The notes: generated by a model not told the origin, from the letters alone. 64,000 nt of DNA from Hyphomicrobiales bacterium (GCA_013911885.1 JACESI010000005.1:150795-214794), one strand, 5' to 3'. Positions 40,618-51,567 are shown, counted from the stretch's first letter. Numbers and translations are program-made.

Positions 40618-40829
40618 CCCTGTTACGAGGCTTATCCGCAGACAAAGCGGCCCCTGACCAAAAGTAGGCTTGATTCACTGTAGCCTTTCTTTAAAGGTTT
40701 CAGCCGATTGAGGCGCCGGTTAAACTTGGCAGGTCTGCCTTTACAAAAATGTTGCCTGATTTTTCCCAAGCGAGAGTCTTTGGGGGGATAGAACCTTGGC
40801 GACATGGCAATTTGGAGGAACGACACACA

Positions 40830-42971
40830 ATGAATTCAGTTTTACTTTTCGTCATGTTCGGCGGACTTCTGTCCATTGTTTATGGCATCTGGGCGATCAG
40901 GTCGGTTATGTCGGCAAGCCCGGGCAATGCGCGGATGCAGGAAATTGCTGCCGCCATTCAAGAGGGTGCAACCGCATATCTCGCGCGCCAGTACATGACG
41001 ATTTCGATGGTTGGCGTGGTCGTCCTCGTCATCGCCTGGTTCCTTCTTGGCCCGATCGCCGCGATCGGTTTTGCAATCGGTGCGATCCTTTCCGGTGCTG
41101 CCGGCTTCATCGGCATGATGGTCTCCGTGCGCGCCAATGTCCGCACCGCCCAGGCTGCTTCGCACAGTCTTGCCGCCGGTCTCAACATTGCCTTCAAGTC
41201 CGGCGCGATCACCGGCATGCTGGTTGCAGGCCTCGCTCTTCTCGGCGTGACGGTCTATTACTGGGTTCTGACCGACGGAATGGGCAATGCCAATACCAGC
41301 CGCACCGTGATTGACGGTCTGGTCTCGCTCGGCTTTGGCGCTTCGCTGATTTCGATCTTTGCCCGTCTTGGCGGCGGTATTTTCACCAAGGGCGCGGATG
41401 TTGGCGGCGATCTCGTCGGCAAAGTCGAAGCCGGTATTCCGGAAGATGATCCGCGCAACCCGGCAACCATTGCCGACAATGTTGGCGATAATGTCGGCGA
41501 CTGCGCGGGCATGGCCGCCGATCTTTTCGAAACCTATGCGGTCACGATCGTCGCGACCATGGTTCTGGCGTCGATCTTCTTCACCGGCGAGGTTGCGACC
41601 CTTTTGATGTCGCTCCCGCTTGTGGTTGGTGGCGTCTGCGTGATCACCTCGATCATCGGCACATTTTTCGTGAAGCTCAGCGCCAACAATTCGATCATGG
41701 GCGCGCTCTACAAAGGCTTCATTGCTTGTGCGATCCTCTCTGCCATTGCGCTTGCGGGCGTCGTCTTCGGCTGGATCGGCGGCGGCACGGAATTCACCAC
41801 CTCGACCGGCACGTCCTTCACCGGTGCCGATCTTTACTGGTGCGTTATGGTTGGCCTCGTCGTCACCGGCCTCATCATCTGGGTCACCGAATATTACACC
41901 GGTGTCGGCTATCGTCCGGTGCGTTCGATCTCGCAGGCCTCGGTTACGGGCCATGGTACGAACGTGATTCAGGGTCTTGCCATCTCGATGGAGGCCTGCG
42001 CGCTGCCGGCCATTATCATCATCGGCGGCATTCTGATCACCTACAGCCTTGCCGGATTGTTCGGAATTGCAATCACCGTGACCGCCATGCTGGCTCTGGC
42101 CGGTTTCGTTGTGGCGCTTGATGCCTTTGGCCCGGTTACCGACAATGCCGGTGGCATTGCCGAAATGGCCGACCTGCCGAGTGAGGTACGCACGACCACC
42201 GATGCGCTCGATGCGGTCGGCAACACCACGAAGGCGGTCACCAAGGGCTATGCGATCGGTTCCGCCGGTCTTGGTGCACTTGTGCTTTTTGCGGCCTATA
42301 CGGAAGACCTCAAGTTCTTCTCGAAAGGGGCAGCGGAAGGCTCGGTGTTCTTCGGCATCAATGCGGATACGCTGTTTAACCTTTCCAACCCCTATGTCGT
42401 CTCCGGTCTCCTGTTCGGTGGCCTGCTGCCTTATCTTTTCGGTGGCATGTCGATGACGGCGGTCGGGCGGGCTGCGGGTGCGGTCGTCGAAGAAGTGCGC
42501 CGCCAGTTCAAGGCGGATCCCGGCATCATGGCTGGCACGTCGAAGCCGAATTATGCACGCGCTGTGGACATGCTGACCAAAGCCGCGATCCGGGAAATGA
42601 TCGTGCCATCGCTGCTGCCGGTTCTCTCGCCGATTTTCGTCTTCTTCTTCGTGAAGGCGATTGCGACCCCTGCGGATGCCTTCGCGGCGCTCGGTGCGAT
42701 GCTTCTCGGCGTCATCATCACCGGTTTTTATGTGGCTGTTTCAATGACGGCGGGCGGCGGCGCCTGGGACAATGCCAAGAAATCCTTTGAGGATGGCTTT
42801 GTCGACAAGGACGGCGTCAGGCACATGAAAGGCAGTGAGGCGCACAAAGCATCCGTGACCGGCGATACGGTGGGCGATCCTTACAAGGACACGGCTGGGC
42901 CAGCGGTGAACCCCATGATCAAGATCACCAATATCGTGGCGCTGCTGCTGCTTGCGGTTCTGGCGCACTAG
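40830..42971 (+). CDS. hppA: Membrane-bound proton-translocating pyrophosphatase
   Basis: ORF 40749..42971. The ATG at 40830 follows GGAGGAA. Motifs: [54 protein letters not shown]. Confidence 0.95.
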   Translation: MNSVLLFVMFGGLLSIVYGIWAIRSVMSASPGNARMQEIAAAIQEGATAYLARQYMTISMVGVVVLVIAWFLLGPIAAIGFAIGAILSGAAGFIGMMVSVRANVRTAQAASHSLAAGLNIAFKSGAITGMLVAGLALLGVTVYYWVLTDGMGNANTSRTVIDGLVSLGFGASLISIFARLGGGIFTKGADVGGDLVGKVEAGIPEDDPRNPATIADNVGDNVGDCAGMAADLFETYAVTIVATMVLASIFFTGEVATLLMSLPLVVGGVCVITSIIGTFFVKLSANNSIMGALYKGFIACAILSAIALAGVVFGWIGGGTEFTTSTGTSFTGADLYWCVMVGLVVTGLIIWVTEYYTGVGYRPVRSISQASVTGHGTNVIQGLAISMEACALPAIIIIGGILITYSLAGLFGIAITVTAMLALAGFVVALDAFGPVTDNAGGIAEMADLPSEVRTTTDALDAVGNTTKAVTKGYAIGSAGLGALVLFAAYTEDLKFFSKGAAEGSVFFGINADTLFNLSNPYVVSGLLFGGLLPYLFGGMSMTAVGRAAGAVVEEVRRQFKADPGIMAGTSKPNYARAVDMLTKAAIREMIVPSLLPVLSPIFVFFFVKAIATPADAFAALGAMLLGVIITGFYVAVSMTAGGGAWDNAKKSFEDGFVDKDGVRHMKGSEAHKASVTGDTVGDPYKDTAGPAVNPMIKITNIVALLLLAVLAH

Positions 42972-42998
42972 ACGAACGCTCCTTTACTCAGGACATCA

Positions 42999-43026
42999 AG
43001 CCCGGCGGCCCCCGCCGGGCTTTTTC
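42999..43026 (+). terminator. Rho-independent terminator after hppA
   Basis: AGCCCGGCGG-cccc-CGCCGGGCTTTTT. Confidence 0.8.
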
Positions 43027-43038
43027 GTTGATACTCTC

Positions 43039-43057
43039 TGGTCAATAAACTTGACCA
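43039..43057. promoter_or_regulatory. Perfect inverted repeat TGGTCAA-N5-TTGACCA upstream of the GntR/FadR-type regulator (candidate operator)
   Basis: TGGTCAAtaaacTTGACCA, 60 nt upstream of the ATG at 43118. It is related to the TGGT...ACCA cores used by FadR-subfamily GntR regulators. Confidence 0.45.
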
Positions 43058-43117
43058 ATGAGCGGCCTTCACCCTAGGTTTGGGTTTGAATGATACACCT
43101 CAGGTGATGACAGAGCG

Positions 43118-43912
43118 ATGAGTGACCAAACGGCATCGGGCAATGTCTTCGGCAAGATTACACAGGCGCGGGCGGCCGAGCAGGTGGCGCGTCGGATCGA
43201 GGTCCTGGTGCTTGAAGGCGTGCTGCACAGCGGCGAGCGGCTTCCCGGCGAACGCGAACTAGCGCGCGTTATGGATGTCTCGCGGCCGATCCTTCGCGAA
43301 GCATTGCGAGAACTTGAGATCAAGGGCATTCTCGAAACCCGCCACGGGCAGGGCACGGTGGTTGCCGACATCGTGGGTTCGCTGTTTTCACAGCCGATCG
43401 AGAGCCTCATTCAGGAATATCCCCGCACCCGTGTCGATTTTGTCGAGTTCCGGAGCGAGGTCGAGGGGTGGGCGGCAGCGCTTGCGGCAGAACGCGCGAC
43501 CCGCGACGATATCAGTCTCCTTGATGAGGTCTTCACCCGCATGGAGGAGGCGCACACCCTTGCGGATGTGGCGCGGGAGGCGGCATGCGATCTCGATTTT
43601 CACATGATGATCGCCGATTGCGCGCATAACATCATTCTTATCCATACATTGCGCTCCTGCTATCACCTGCTCAGCGATAACGTCCTGCTCAACCGCGCCC
43701 GCATCTATGCCTTTCCTGGCGCGCGCGAACGGCTTCTTGATCAACACCGCGCCATCCGGGATGCGATCATTGCGCGTAATCAAGGTGCCGCCCGCGCTGC
43801 GGCTCAGACGCATATGCGCTATGTCGAGACCACGATGAAGAATGTCGACCGGGAAAACCTGTGGCAGGAAAATGCGGCACTGCGCCGAACCATGGCAGGT
43901 CGGACCGACTGA
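43118..43912 (+). CDS. GntR-family transcriptional regulator, FadR subfamily (FCD domain)
   Basis: 264-aa ORF: RLPGERELARVMDVSRPILREALRELEIKGILETRHGQGTVV, then an all-helical FCD-like C-terminal domain. Confidence 0.85.
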   Translation: MSDQTASGNVFGKITQARAAEQVARRIEVLVLEGVLHSGERLPGERELARVMDVSRPILREALRELEIKGILETRHGQGTVVADIVGSLFSQPIESLIQEYPRTRVDFVEFRSEVEGWAAALAAERATRDDISLLDEVFTRMEEAHTLADVAREAACDLDFHMMIADCAHNIILIHTLRSCYHLLSDNVLLNRARIYAFPGARERLLDQHRAIRDAIIARNQGAARAAAQTHMRYVETTMKNVDRENLWQENAALRRTMAGRTD

Positions 43913-44061
43913 ATGAGTGTTTTGCAGCGCTTCAGCAAACCGGCTCTACAGGCGCATGCCCAGCTTCAAAGGCGATCGCCTGGAGTTTTCATTGTAAGCG
44001 GCAAAAGCCGGGAGCATAATCGCCGCATATTGGCGATCAACACGATAAGGGGAGAACCACA

Positions 44062-45225
44062 ATGGCTGTGATCACCGGATGGGCGCATTCAAAATTCGGC
44101 AAACTTGAGGAGGAGACGCTGGAAAGCCTGATCATCGGCGTCGCACGGGATGCGCTTGCCCATGCAGGGCTTGAGGCGAAAGATGTCGATGCGATTTATC
44201 TCGGCAATTTCAATGGCGGCTTTACCGATCAGGATTTCGCGGCCTCTCTCGTCTCGCTCGCCGATGATGCGCTGCGCTACACACCGGCAACCCGGGTCGA
44301 GAATGCCTGTGCGACCGGCTCGGCCGCAATCCACTCGGCGATCCATGCGATTGATGCGGGGAGGGCGAAAACCGCCCTCGTGATCGGCGTTGAGAAAATG
44401 ACCGGCGTGCCGACCAAGATTGCAGGCGATATCTTGCTGCGCGCGTCCTACCATACGCAGGAGGCCGCGATTGATGGCGGCTTTGCAGGTCTTTTCGGCC
44501 AGCTCGCCCAGGCCTATTTCCAGCGTTATGGCGACCAGTCGGCAGCCCTTGCGAAGATTGCCGCCAAGAACCATGCAAATGGTGTCCACAATCCATATGC
44601 GCAGATGCGCAAGGATCTCGGGTTCGAGTTCTGCAACACGGTCTCCGAGCGGAACCCGCTTGTCGCCGGACCATTGCGCCGCACCGATTGTTCGCTGATT
44701 TCCGATGGTGCGGCGGCTCTCGTTCTCACCGATATCGACCGGGCCTGGTCTGCACCGCGCGCGATCGGCTTTCGCGCGGCAAGCCATGTCAACGATTTCC
44801 TGCCATTGTCAAAGCGCGACAAGACCGAACTTGCCGGGGCTGGCCACGCCTGGCAGAAGGCGCTCGAACAGTCCGCGCTCACGCTTGACGATCTCAGTTT
44901 CGTTGAAACCCATGATTGTTTCACCATTGCCGAACTGATGGAATATGAAGCCATGGGCCTTGCGGAGAAAGGGCAGGGTCACCGCGTGATCGACGAGGGA
45001 ATCGTTGCGAAGGACGGCAGGCTTCCGGTCAATCCGTCTGGCGGGCTCAAGGCAAAAGGCCACCCGGTTGGTTCAACCGGCGTTTCCATGCATGCGATCT
45101 CCTGTATGCAGCTAACCGGCGAGGCGGGCGACATGCAGATCCGCGACGCCAAACTCGCTGGAATCTTCAATATGGGCGGGTCTTCGGTCGCGAACTATGT
45201 GAGCATTCTCGAGCGCCTTCGTTAA
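44062..45225 (+). CDS. Thiolase-fold protein (SCP-x / lipid-transfer-type acetyl-CoA acetyltransferase-like)
   Basis: 387-aa ORF: RVENACATGSAAIHSA (active-site Cys region), VETHDCFTI, NPSGGLKAKGHPVGSTG. Confidence 0.8.
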   Translation: MAVITGWAHSKFGKLEEETLESLIIGVARDALAHAGLEAKDVDAIYLGNFNGGFTDQDFAASLVSLADDALRYTPATRVENACATGSAAIHSAIHAIDAGRAKTALVIGVEKMTGVPTKIAGDILLRASYHTQEAAIDGGFAGLFGQLAQAYFQRYGDQSAALAKIAAKNHANGVHNPYAQMRKDLGFEFCNTVSERNPLVAGPLRRTDCSLISDGAAALVLTDIDRAWSAPRAIGFRAASHVNDFLPLSKRDKTELAGAGHAWQKALEQSALTLDDLSFVETHDCFTIAELMEYEAMGLAEKGQGHRVIDEGIVAKDGRLPVNPSGGLKAKGHPVGSTGVSMHAISCMQLTGEAGDMQIRDAKLAGIFNMGGSSVANYVSILERLR

Positions 45226-45866
45226 ACGGGACGGCGAGGCTCCAAAAAGGCGCGAAGCTCTGCGTTTTCTTCCTGAAGCGCCGCAATCTGGCGTTGCAGA
45301 TCCATGATGCCGCGCTCCACATCGGCGGCATCGAATTTCAGGGGAATATGCTGCGGGCAGTTGCGGTCCCAGGCGGTGATTGAGAACAAAATCGCCCGCT
45401 CCGGCGTCGCGCTGTAATCTTTCGGCATGAGGCGGGCGATCAGGGCGCTATCGTCCTCGACCACGCGCGCGGTGCACCAGATCTTGAGCCGCTTGCGCCG
45501 CGCATAATTCATGATGAAGAGATGGGCCTTCGGGTTTTCCGCAAGATTGCCGACGCTGATATATTGCCGGTTTCCCGAATAATCGGCGAAACCGAGGGTC
45601 TTGTTGTCGAGCACCTGCAGGAAGCCTTTCGGGCCACCACGATGCTGGATCGTCGGCTGCCCATCGGCGCTTGCCGTTGCCATGAAGAAACTGTCGGCTT
45701 CAGCCAGAATGGCTGCGATATCCGGGGTGATGCTGCTGTCAAAATCCCGGCTCTCAGCCATGCGCTGGTACCCCGCGCGCGAACCGCGCTTTTCCTGCTC
45801 GGCCTTGACCTGAGGCGAGAAGGCGATGTCGGACGCATAGACGATGCCCTTCGCTGTTTCGCTCAT
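45222..45866 (-). CDS. Pyridoxamine 5'-phosphate oxidase-family FMN-binding protein
   Basis: ORF 45222..46025 is trimmed to the ATG at 45866, after GAGAGGA. Motifs: FFMATASADGQPTIQHRGGPKGFLQVLD...DYSGNRQYISVGNL. It has a short coiled-coil-like C-terminus. Confidence 0.75.
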   Translation of the reverse strand: MSETAKGIVYASDIAFSPQVKAEQEKRGSRAGYQRMAESRDFDSSITPDIAAILAEADSFFMATASADGQPTIQHRGGPKGFLQVLDNKTLGFADYSGNRQYISVGNLAENPKAHLFIMNYARRKRLKIWCTARVVEDDSALIARLMPKDYSATPERAILFSITAWDRNCPQHIPLKFDAADVERGIMDLQRQIAALQEENAELRAFLEPRRPV

Positions 45867-46342
45867 CGCTGAAATCCTCTCTGACTGTGTTTCCCTGTGG
45901 GATCCGGTTCGGCATCTGGGCCGGCATGCAAGGATATCACGGAATCCGAATCGCAAGTCCACTGGATTACGATCAGCAGCGATGCTCTGGCATCTTACCA
46001 AAAATTTTTGCCGAACGCTTGACAAACGCCGCGATCGGGCGCAGCATTTATATAGACGCCACCAATGGAATTCTTGCTAAATCAATGGTTTAGCAGATAT
46101 TTCTCATGTACGCCTGATAATGAAAAGTCGGGATATGTGACGATGGCGGAAGTCAGGAGGAACCATGAGTCCACCACAGCATGATGTCTGATCATCTCGC
46201 AAGAGAAGGTCACGGACCGTGCCCCACCCGGGGTAAAATCTCGTCGTGAACACGGCCCGGAACTTAAATCACATTGTTGGAACAAAGAACGGTGCGACCC
46301 TGTCGCAGCGTATGAACAATTCGCTAAAACGACTGTATATCC

Positions 46343-46392
46343 ACCCCGTCGGCGCTCACACAGATAGCGCGACGGGGTCTTGGTTTTTGGGG
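46343..46392 (+). terminator. Strong intrinsic terminator with no annotated gene upstream
   Basis: ACCCCGTCG(G)CGCT-cacacagat-AGCGCGACGGGGT forms 13 bp with one bulge, followed by CTTGGTTTTTGGGGG. Confidence 0.6.
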
Positions 46393-46461
46393 GTTTCGTT
46401 TCGGCCTGACGGTTTCGGCGTCGTTCTGCCCGCACTGATCAGATGATTTTTCTGACAAATG

Positions 46462-46489
46462 AAAACGGCGCCAGTTTGGCGCCGTTTTT
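46462..46489. terminator. Bidirectional intrinsic terminator
   Basis: AAAACGGCGCCA-gtt-TGGCGCCGTTTTT, with A-run and T-run flanks on both sides. Confidence 0.6.
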
Positions 46490-46576
46490 GGTTTGATCGC
46501 TGCATGACATTACCGTTCTGTCGGTTTCGCCCGCCGATCCACCAGCTCAACTCTTTGAAAGGGTTCGCTTTTCCTC

Positions 46577-46613
46577 AACAAAACAACCCGACTGAAGTCG
46601 GACTGTTTTGTTT
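46577..46613 (-). terminator. Hairpin terminator immediately downstream of nrdJ
   Basis: AACAAAACAaCCCGAC-tgaa-GTCGGacTGTTTTGTT, starting about 10 nt after the nrdJ stop codon (46625-46627). Confidence 0.6.
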
Positions 46614-46624
46614 CGGGCGAACCA

Positions 46625-49600
46625 CTAGCTGCATCCGCTCGTTGAGCCACAGGTGTCGCATTTCAGGCAGGTGCCGTTGCGCACCATTGTGAAGTTCGCG
46701 CATTCCGAGCAGGCTTCGCCTTCATAGCCCTTCATTCTTGCCTGGGCGCGGCGCTCGGCCTGATCCATCGGTTTCGGCAATGGCTCGGTCTCTTCATAGG
46801 AGCGCTGGTCCGGTGACTGGAACCCGGAATTTACTTCCACCTCGACTTCATAATCCCGCTTGAAGGCGGTTGCGGCTGCGGTAGCGCCTATGCCGCCCAT
46901 GGAGAGAGTAGTGGACGTGCTGATGGCGCGGATATTGCCGCCATCACCTGCCTTGGGTGCGCTGCCTTTGTCCCGGCCTGCCGGGTCTTTGCCCATCGGC
47001 TCCTTGTTCGACAGGAGACGCAGCGACTGGCCACGGACGAGACCGCGCGAGACGACATGGCCGGCATCGCCATTGTCTGCCTGGCCCTTGCCGAGGGATG
47101 TATTGCTGAAGTCGGATGTATCGACATGGGCAAGATCATGGCGACCGAGATAGGAGACCGCCAGTTCACGGAAGACATAGTCGAGGATCGAGGTCGCATT
47201 CTTGATCGCCTCATTGCCCTGCACCATGCCCGCCGGTTCGAACCGGGTGAAGGTGAAAGCCTCGACATATTCCTCGAGCGGCACGCCGTATTGCAGGCCA
47301 AGCGAGATCGCGATCGCGAAATTGTTCATCATTGCGCGGAAGGCAGCACCTTCCTTATGCATGTCGATGAAAATCTCGCCAAGGCGACCGTCGGCATATT
47401 CCCCGGTCGTGACATAGACCTTATGGCCGCCGACGCGCGCTTTCTGGGTATAGCCCTTGCGGCGGTCCGGCATCTTTTCGCGCTCGCGGATGGCGCGCTC
47501 GATAATCCGCTCGACAATCCGTTCGGTCACTTTCTCGACCTGCGCGGTCTGCGGCATGGCGGCGAGTTCCTCGATCACGTCTTCCTCGTCCATGTCGTCA
47601 TCGGCAAGAAGCGAGGCGTTGAGCGGTTGCGAGAGTTTCGAGCCGTCGCGATAAAGCGCGTTCGCCTTGAGCGCCTTCTGCCAGGAACGCAGATAGGCTT
47701 CCTTGCATTCTTCCACGGTCGCGACATTCGGCATGTTGATCGTCTTCGAGATCGCGCCGGAAATAAACGGCTGGGCGACCGCCATCATGTCGATATGGCT
47801 GTTCACCGAGAGGAAGCGCTTGCCGATCCGTCCGCACGGATTGGCGCAGTCGAAGACCGGATAATGCTCTTCCTTGAGGAAGGGCGCGCCTTCGAGCGTC
47901 ATCGTTCCGCAGACATGGTTATTTGCGGCCTCAATGTCCTTTTTCGAGAAACCGAGACCGGTCAGAAGGTCGAAATTGAAGTCATTGAGCTGCTCGTCCG
48001 AGAAGCCGAGCGTCTCGCGGCAAAAAGCTTCGCCGAGCGTCCATTTGTTGAAGACAAATTTGATGTCGAAGGCAGAAGCGAGGCCTTTTTCGACCGCGGC
48101 TATCTTGTCGTCTGTGAGGCCTTTGGTTCGCAGCGACGAATGATTGATCGCCGGCGCCTGTGCAAGCGATGCGTGGCCGACGGCATAGGCTTCGATTTCC
48201 GCGATCTCGCTCTCGCTGTAGCCAAGCGTACGCAAGGCTTCCGGCACGGCGTGGTTGATGATCTTGAAATAGCCGCCGCCAGCGAGTTTCTTGAACTTGA
48301 CGAGGGCGAAATCCGGCTCGATCCCGGTCGTATCGCAATCCATGACGAGGCCGATCGTGCCGGTCGGCGCGATCACCGTGGTCTGGGCGTTGCGATAGCC
48401 ATGCGCTGCGCCGAGTTCGACCGCGCGATCCCAGGCGGCGCGCGCATGCGCGATCAATTTCTCATCCGGGCAATCGCGTGCCGATAAAGGCACCGGGTTG
48501 ATGTGCAGCGCTTCATAGCCCGCAGCCTCCCCATAAGCCGCCCGGCGATGGTTGCGCATGACCCGCAACATCGCCTCGCGGTTTGGTTCGAAGCCCGGGA
48601 ACGGACCCATTTCCCTGGCCATTTCCGCCGAGGTCGCATAGCACACACCGGTCATGATCGCCGAAATCGCACCGCAGATCGCGCGGCCTTCATTCGAGTC
48701 ATAAGGGATGCCTGACGTCATCAGAAGGCCGCCGATATTGGCAAAACCGAGACCGAGGGTGCGGTATTCATAAGACAGTTTGGCGATTTCCTTGGACGGG
48801 AACTGCGCCATCAGCACCGATATTTCAAGCACCATGGTCCAGAGCCGCACGCCATGCTCGAAATTCTCGATTTCGAAGGCGCCATCCGCAGCACGGAAGC
48901 GCAGAAGGTTGAGCGAGGCGAGGTTGCAGGCGGTGTCATCGAGGAACATGTATTCCGAGCACGGGTTCGATGCGCGGATTTCGCCTGCGGCCGGGCAGGT
49001 GTGCCAGTCATTGATGGTGGTGTGATACTGGATACCAGGATCAGCGGAAGCCCAGGCAGCGTGGCCGATCTGTTCCCACAGATCGCGCGCAGACAGCGTC
49101 TTTGTCACCTTGCCAGAGGTGCGCCCGGTCAGATTCCAGGTGCCGTCACTCTCAACTGCCCGCAGGAAATCATCGGTAACACGTACCGAATTGTTCGAAT
49201 TCTGGCCCGCAACCGTGAGATAGGCCTCGGAATCCCAGTCTGTGTCATAGATCGGAAACTCGATGTCCTTGTAGCCCTGTTTCGCGAACTGGATGACGCG
49301 CTGGATGTAGTTTTCCGGGACGAGCGCCTTTTTCGCGGCTCGGACTTCACGCTTCAGGGCTGTGTTCTTTGTAACGTCAAAGCAATCATCGCCCGAGCCC
49401 GAGCAGTTGACGCAGGCTTTCATGACCGCCTTGAGATGTTTCGAGGCGATCTTGGAGCCGGTGACGAGGGCTGCGACCTTCTGCTCTTCCTTGACCTTCC
49501 AGTTGATATATTCCTCGATATCAGGGTGATCGATATCGACCACGACCATTTTCGCCGCACGGCGCGTGGTGCCGCCGGATTTGATCGCGCCGGCCGCCCG

Positions 49601-50386
49601 ATCACCAATCTTGAGGAAGCTCATCAGTCCCGACGAACGACCGCCACCGGCAAGGGATTCGCCCGAACCGCGCAGATGCGAAAAGTTGGAACCGGTGCCG
49701 GAGCCGTATTTGAACAGGCGCGCCTCACGCACCCAAAGGTCCATGATGCCGCCTTCATTGACGAGATCGTCGGCGACCGACTGGATGAAACAGGCATGCG
49801 GCTGGGGATGTTCGTAGGAGGATTTCGATTTGGTCAGCTTGCCGGTTTCAAAATCGACATAATAATGGCCCTGGCTCGGACCGTCGATGCCATAGGCCCA
49901 GTGCAGACCGGTGTTGAACCATTGCGGGCTGTTCGGCGCGCAGCGCTGGGTTGCGAGCATGAAGCGCAACTCGTCAAAGAATGCCTGTGCATCGGCATCG
50001 CTGTCAAAATAACCGCCTTTCCAGCCCCAATAGGTCCAGGTTCCGGCAAGGCGGTCGAATACCTGCCTTGCGTCGGTCTCCGAGCCATAGCGCTCGGCTT
50101 CGGGAAGGGCGGCGAGAGCCTCCTTGTCGGCAACGGAGCGCCAGAGGAAGGAGGGAACATCGTTCTCCTCGACCTTTTTCAGACATGCTGGAACGCCGGC
50201 CTTGCGGAAATATTTCTGCGCGAGAATATCGCTTGCAACCTGGCTGAACTGATCTGGCACCTGAATATTTTCAAGGCGGAAAACCACGGTTCCGTCCGGG
50301 TTCTTGATCTCGCTGGTTGCCGCGCGGAAGGCAACTTCCGCATAGGCTGACTGACCTTGTTTTGTATATCGACGTTCGATGCGCAC
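46625..50386 (-). CDS. nrdJ: Vitamin B12-dependent ribonucleotide reductase (class II)
   Basis: ORF 46625..50419. The GTG at 50386 follows GGAGA and gives [21 protein letters not shown]. The sequence is class II RNR throughout, with a Cys-rich tail [28 protein letters not shown]. Confidence 0.95.
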   Translation of the reverse strand: MRIERRYTKQGQSAYAEVAFRAATSEIKNPDGTVVFRLENIQVPDQFSQVASDILAQKYFRKAGVPACLKKVEENDVPSFLWRSVADKEALAALPEAERYGSETDARQVFDRLAGTWTYWGWKGGYFDSDADAQAFFDELRFMLATQRCAPNSPQWFNTGLHWAYGIDGPSQGHYYVDFETGKLTKSKSSYEHPQPHACFIQSVADDLVNEGGIMDLWVREARLFKYGSGTGSNFSHLRGSGESLAGGGRSSGLMSFLKIGDRAAGAIKSGGTTRRAAKMVVVDIDHPDIEEYINWKVKEEQKVAALVTGSKIASKHLKAVMKACVNCSGSGDDCFDVTKNTALKREVRAAKKALVPENYIQRVIQFAKQGYKDIEFPIYDTDWDSEAYLTVAGQNSNNSVRVTDDFLRAVESDGTWNLTGRTSGKVTKTLSARDLWEQIGHAAWASADPGIQYHTTINDWHTCPAAGEIRASNPCSEYMFLDDTACNLASLNLLRFRAADGAFEIENFEHGVRLWTMVLEISVLMAQFPSKEIAKLSYEYRTLGLGFANIGGLLMTSGIPYDSNEGRAICGAISAIMTGVCYATSAEMAREMGPFPGFEPNREAMLRVMRNHRRAAYGEAAGYEALHINPVPLSARDCPDEKLIAHARAAWDRAVELGAAHGYRNAQTTVIAPTGTIGLVMDCDTTGIEPDFALVKFKKLAGGGYFKIINHAVPEALRTLGYSESEIAEIEAYAVGHASLAQAPAINHSSLRTKGLTDDKIAAVEKGLASAFDIKFVFNKWTLGEAFCRETLGFSDEQLNDFNFDLLTGLGFSKKDIEAANNHVCGTMTLEGAPFLKEEHYPVFDCANPCGRIGKRFLSVNSHIDMMAVAQPFISGAISKTINMPNVATVEECKEAYLRSWQKALKANALYRDGSKLSQPLNASLLADDDMDEEDVIEELAAMPQTAQVEKVTERIVERIIERAIREREKMPDRRKGYTQKARVGGHKVYVTTGEYADGRLGEIFIDMHKEGAAFRAMMNNFAIAISLGLQYGVPLEEYVEAFTFTRFEPAGMVQGNEAIKNATSILDYVFRELAVSYLGRHDLAHVDTSDFSNTSLGKGQADNGDAGHVVSRGLVRGQSLRLLSNKEPMGKDPAGRDKGSAPKAGDGGNIRAISTSTTLSMGGIGATAAATAFKRDYEVEVEVNSGFQSPDQRSYEETEPLPKPMDQAERRAQARMKGYEGEACSECANFTMVRNGTCLKCDTCGSTSGCS

Positions 50387-50674
50387 GTTTTTTCTCCACT
50401 TGCCCCGACCTGCCCGCAATGGCGATCAATGGCTTTTAAAAAAATGCCGAATGCTCATCCGCCGGTCGCTGACCGGCACATCCAAGCGCTTCGACGTACC
50501 CCATTGGCCAAATGGCCAAATATTTTATCCAGACATCCTCTTGACCTGAATGCCATCATCGACCTGCGCTTGACCGTCCACATTGCAAGCCGACAATGTG
50601 TTTGAATTGCAGCGAGGCGTTAACGCGAATCGCTTTTTCATACATTCGTCTGGCAGAAGTCAGGATTTCTCCAA

Positions 50675-50721
50675 TTCCTAAATGTAGTATTAATTTTCCA
50701 AAAAATCACTACATTTTGTGG
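50675..50721. promoter_or_regulatory. Tandem NrdR boxes upstream of nrdJ
   Basis: ttcCTAAATGTAGtat (50675-50690) and tcaCTACATTTTGtgg (50706-50721). Both fit the core C-w-A-t-A-T-a-T-w-G of acaCwAtATaTwGtgt, and their centres are 31 bp apart. Confidence 0.6.
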
Positions 50722-51186
50722 TCTCTATGTGATCGGTCCACATTTTTTGAGCATTGCCGCAATCTGAAAAGGTTGAAGGTTTTCATCAAATCATTGTTTC
50801 CTCGACGCGAAAGAACAGCCGCAAAAAGCGTTGCCGCTCTGCGCCATCCTTCCGTGAGGACTTTGGTGCATAGTGAAAAAATGTAAGCCCACCCAATGGG
50901 CAACGCTAAAGTGAATCGGAAAGCTGCGTCAAGCGCTTGTATCTTTTGATATTGAATTGGCTAAATGTGGTGGTTGTTCTGAGGATAACGGGGATATCAT
51001 GGCGCAATCGCACGAGGGGCCCTTGCATCGGCAAAACATGGCGGGGATGAAGGGCTTAGCTGGCTAACCGGCCTCTTTCCCGGTCGGCTTACTGATTACA
51101 GCCGACCAAGAGGAAACTGGACTTTCCCGACCGAATTGGTGATAAGTCTTGTGAAATCGGCGGATTCTTGACCGGGATAGGGTCGC

Positions 51187-51567
51187 ATGAAAAATTTCCT
51201 GTTGCAGTTTTTTACCTGGTGGAGCGGGCAAACGCTTGGCACACGCCTTTATACATGGCGCAACGGGCGCCATGTCGGCTCTGATGAAAGCGGCAACATG
51301 TATTATCGAAATGCCGACGATACCCGCCGATGGGTGATTTATGCCGGGACGGTTGAAGCCTCCACGATTGCGCCTGGCTGGCATGGCTGGATGCATCACA
51401 AGGTCAAGCTCGCGCCAAGCGAGAATGCTTATGTTGCCCGCGAATGGGAGAAACCGCATCAGCCAAACCAGACCGGCACGGCGAATGCCTATCGTCCTGC
51501 GTCTTCAATTCTCAAGGCGGAGCCGAAGCCTGCAACATCCGGAGACTATGAAGCGTGGACTCCGTAA
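51187..51567 (+). CDS. NADH:ubiquinone oxidoreductase subunit NDUFA12-family protein
   Basis: 126-aa ORF: FFTWWSGQTLGTRLYTWRNGRHVGSDESGNMYYR...RWVIY...PGWHGWMHH. Confidence 0.85.
   Translation: MKNFLLQFFTWWSGQTLGTRLYTWRNGRHVGSDESGNMYYRNADDTRRWVIYAGTVEASTIAPGWHGWMHHKVKLAPSENAYVAREWEKPHQPNQTGTANAYRPASSILKAEPKPATSGDYEAWTP

Noticed and set aside
46026-46624. tmRNA, SRP RNA or RNase P RNA in the orphan region downstream of nrdJ
   Set aside because: Neither strand has a T-loop (GGTTCGA), an ...ACCA acceptor end or an ANDN-type tag frame, so tmRNA is excluded. There is no GGAAGGAAGCAGCC-like SRP domain IV and no GAGGAAAGTCCGGGC RNase P core. The CUGAUGA/GAAA hammerhead cores are also absent (only CTGATAA and CAGATGA look-alikes).
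50387-50675. Cobalamin riboswitch in the nrdJ leader
   Set aside because: No B12-box-like element (AGYCMGGAGACCKGCC or its complement) is found. B12 riboswitches are in any case expected on B12-independent isozymes or transporters, not on the B12-dependent enzyme.
51064-51459. A 131-aa minus-strand ORF and other short ORFs (50596..50886, 50709..50903) in the nrdJ / NDUFA12 intergenic region
   Set aside because: The first overlaps the well-conserved NDUFA12-like gene in antisense. The others lie in AT-rich DNA, lack ribosome-binding sites and have implausible composition.
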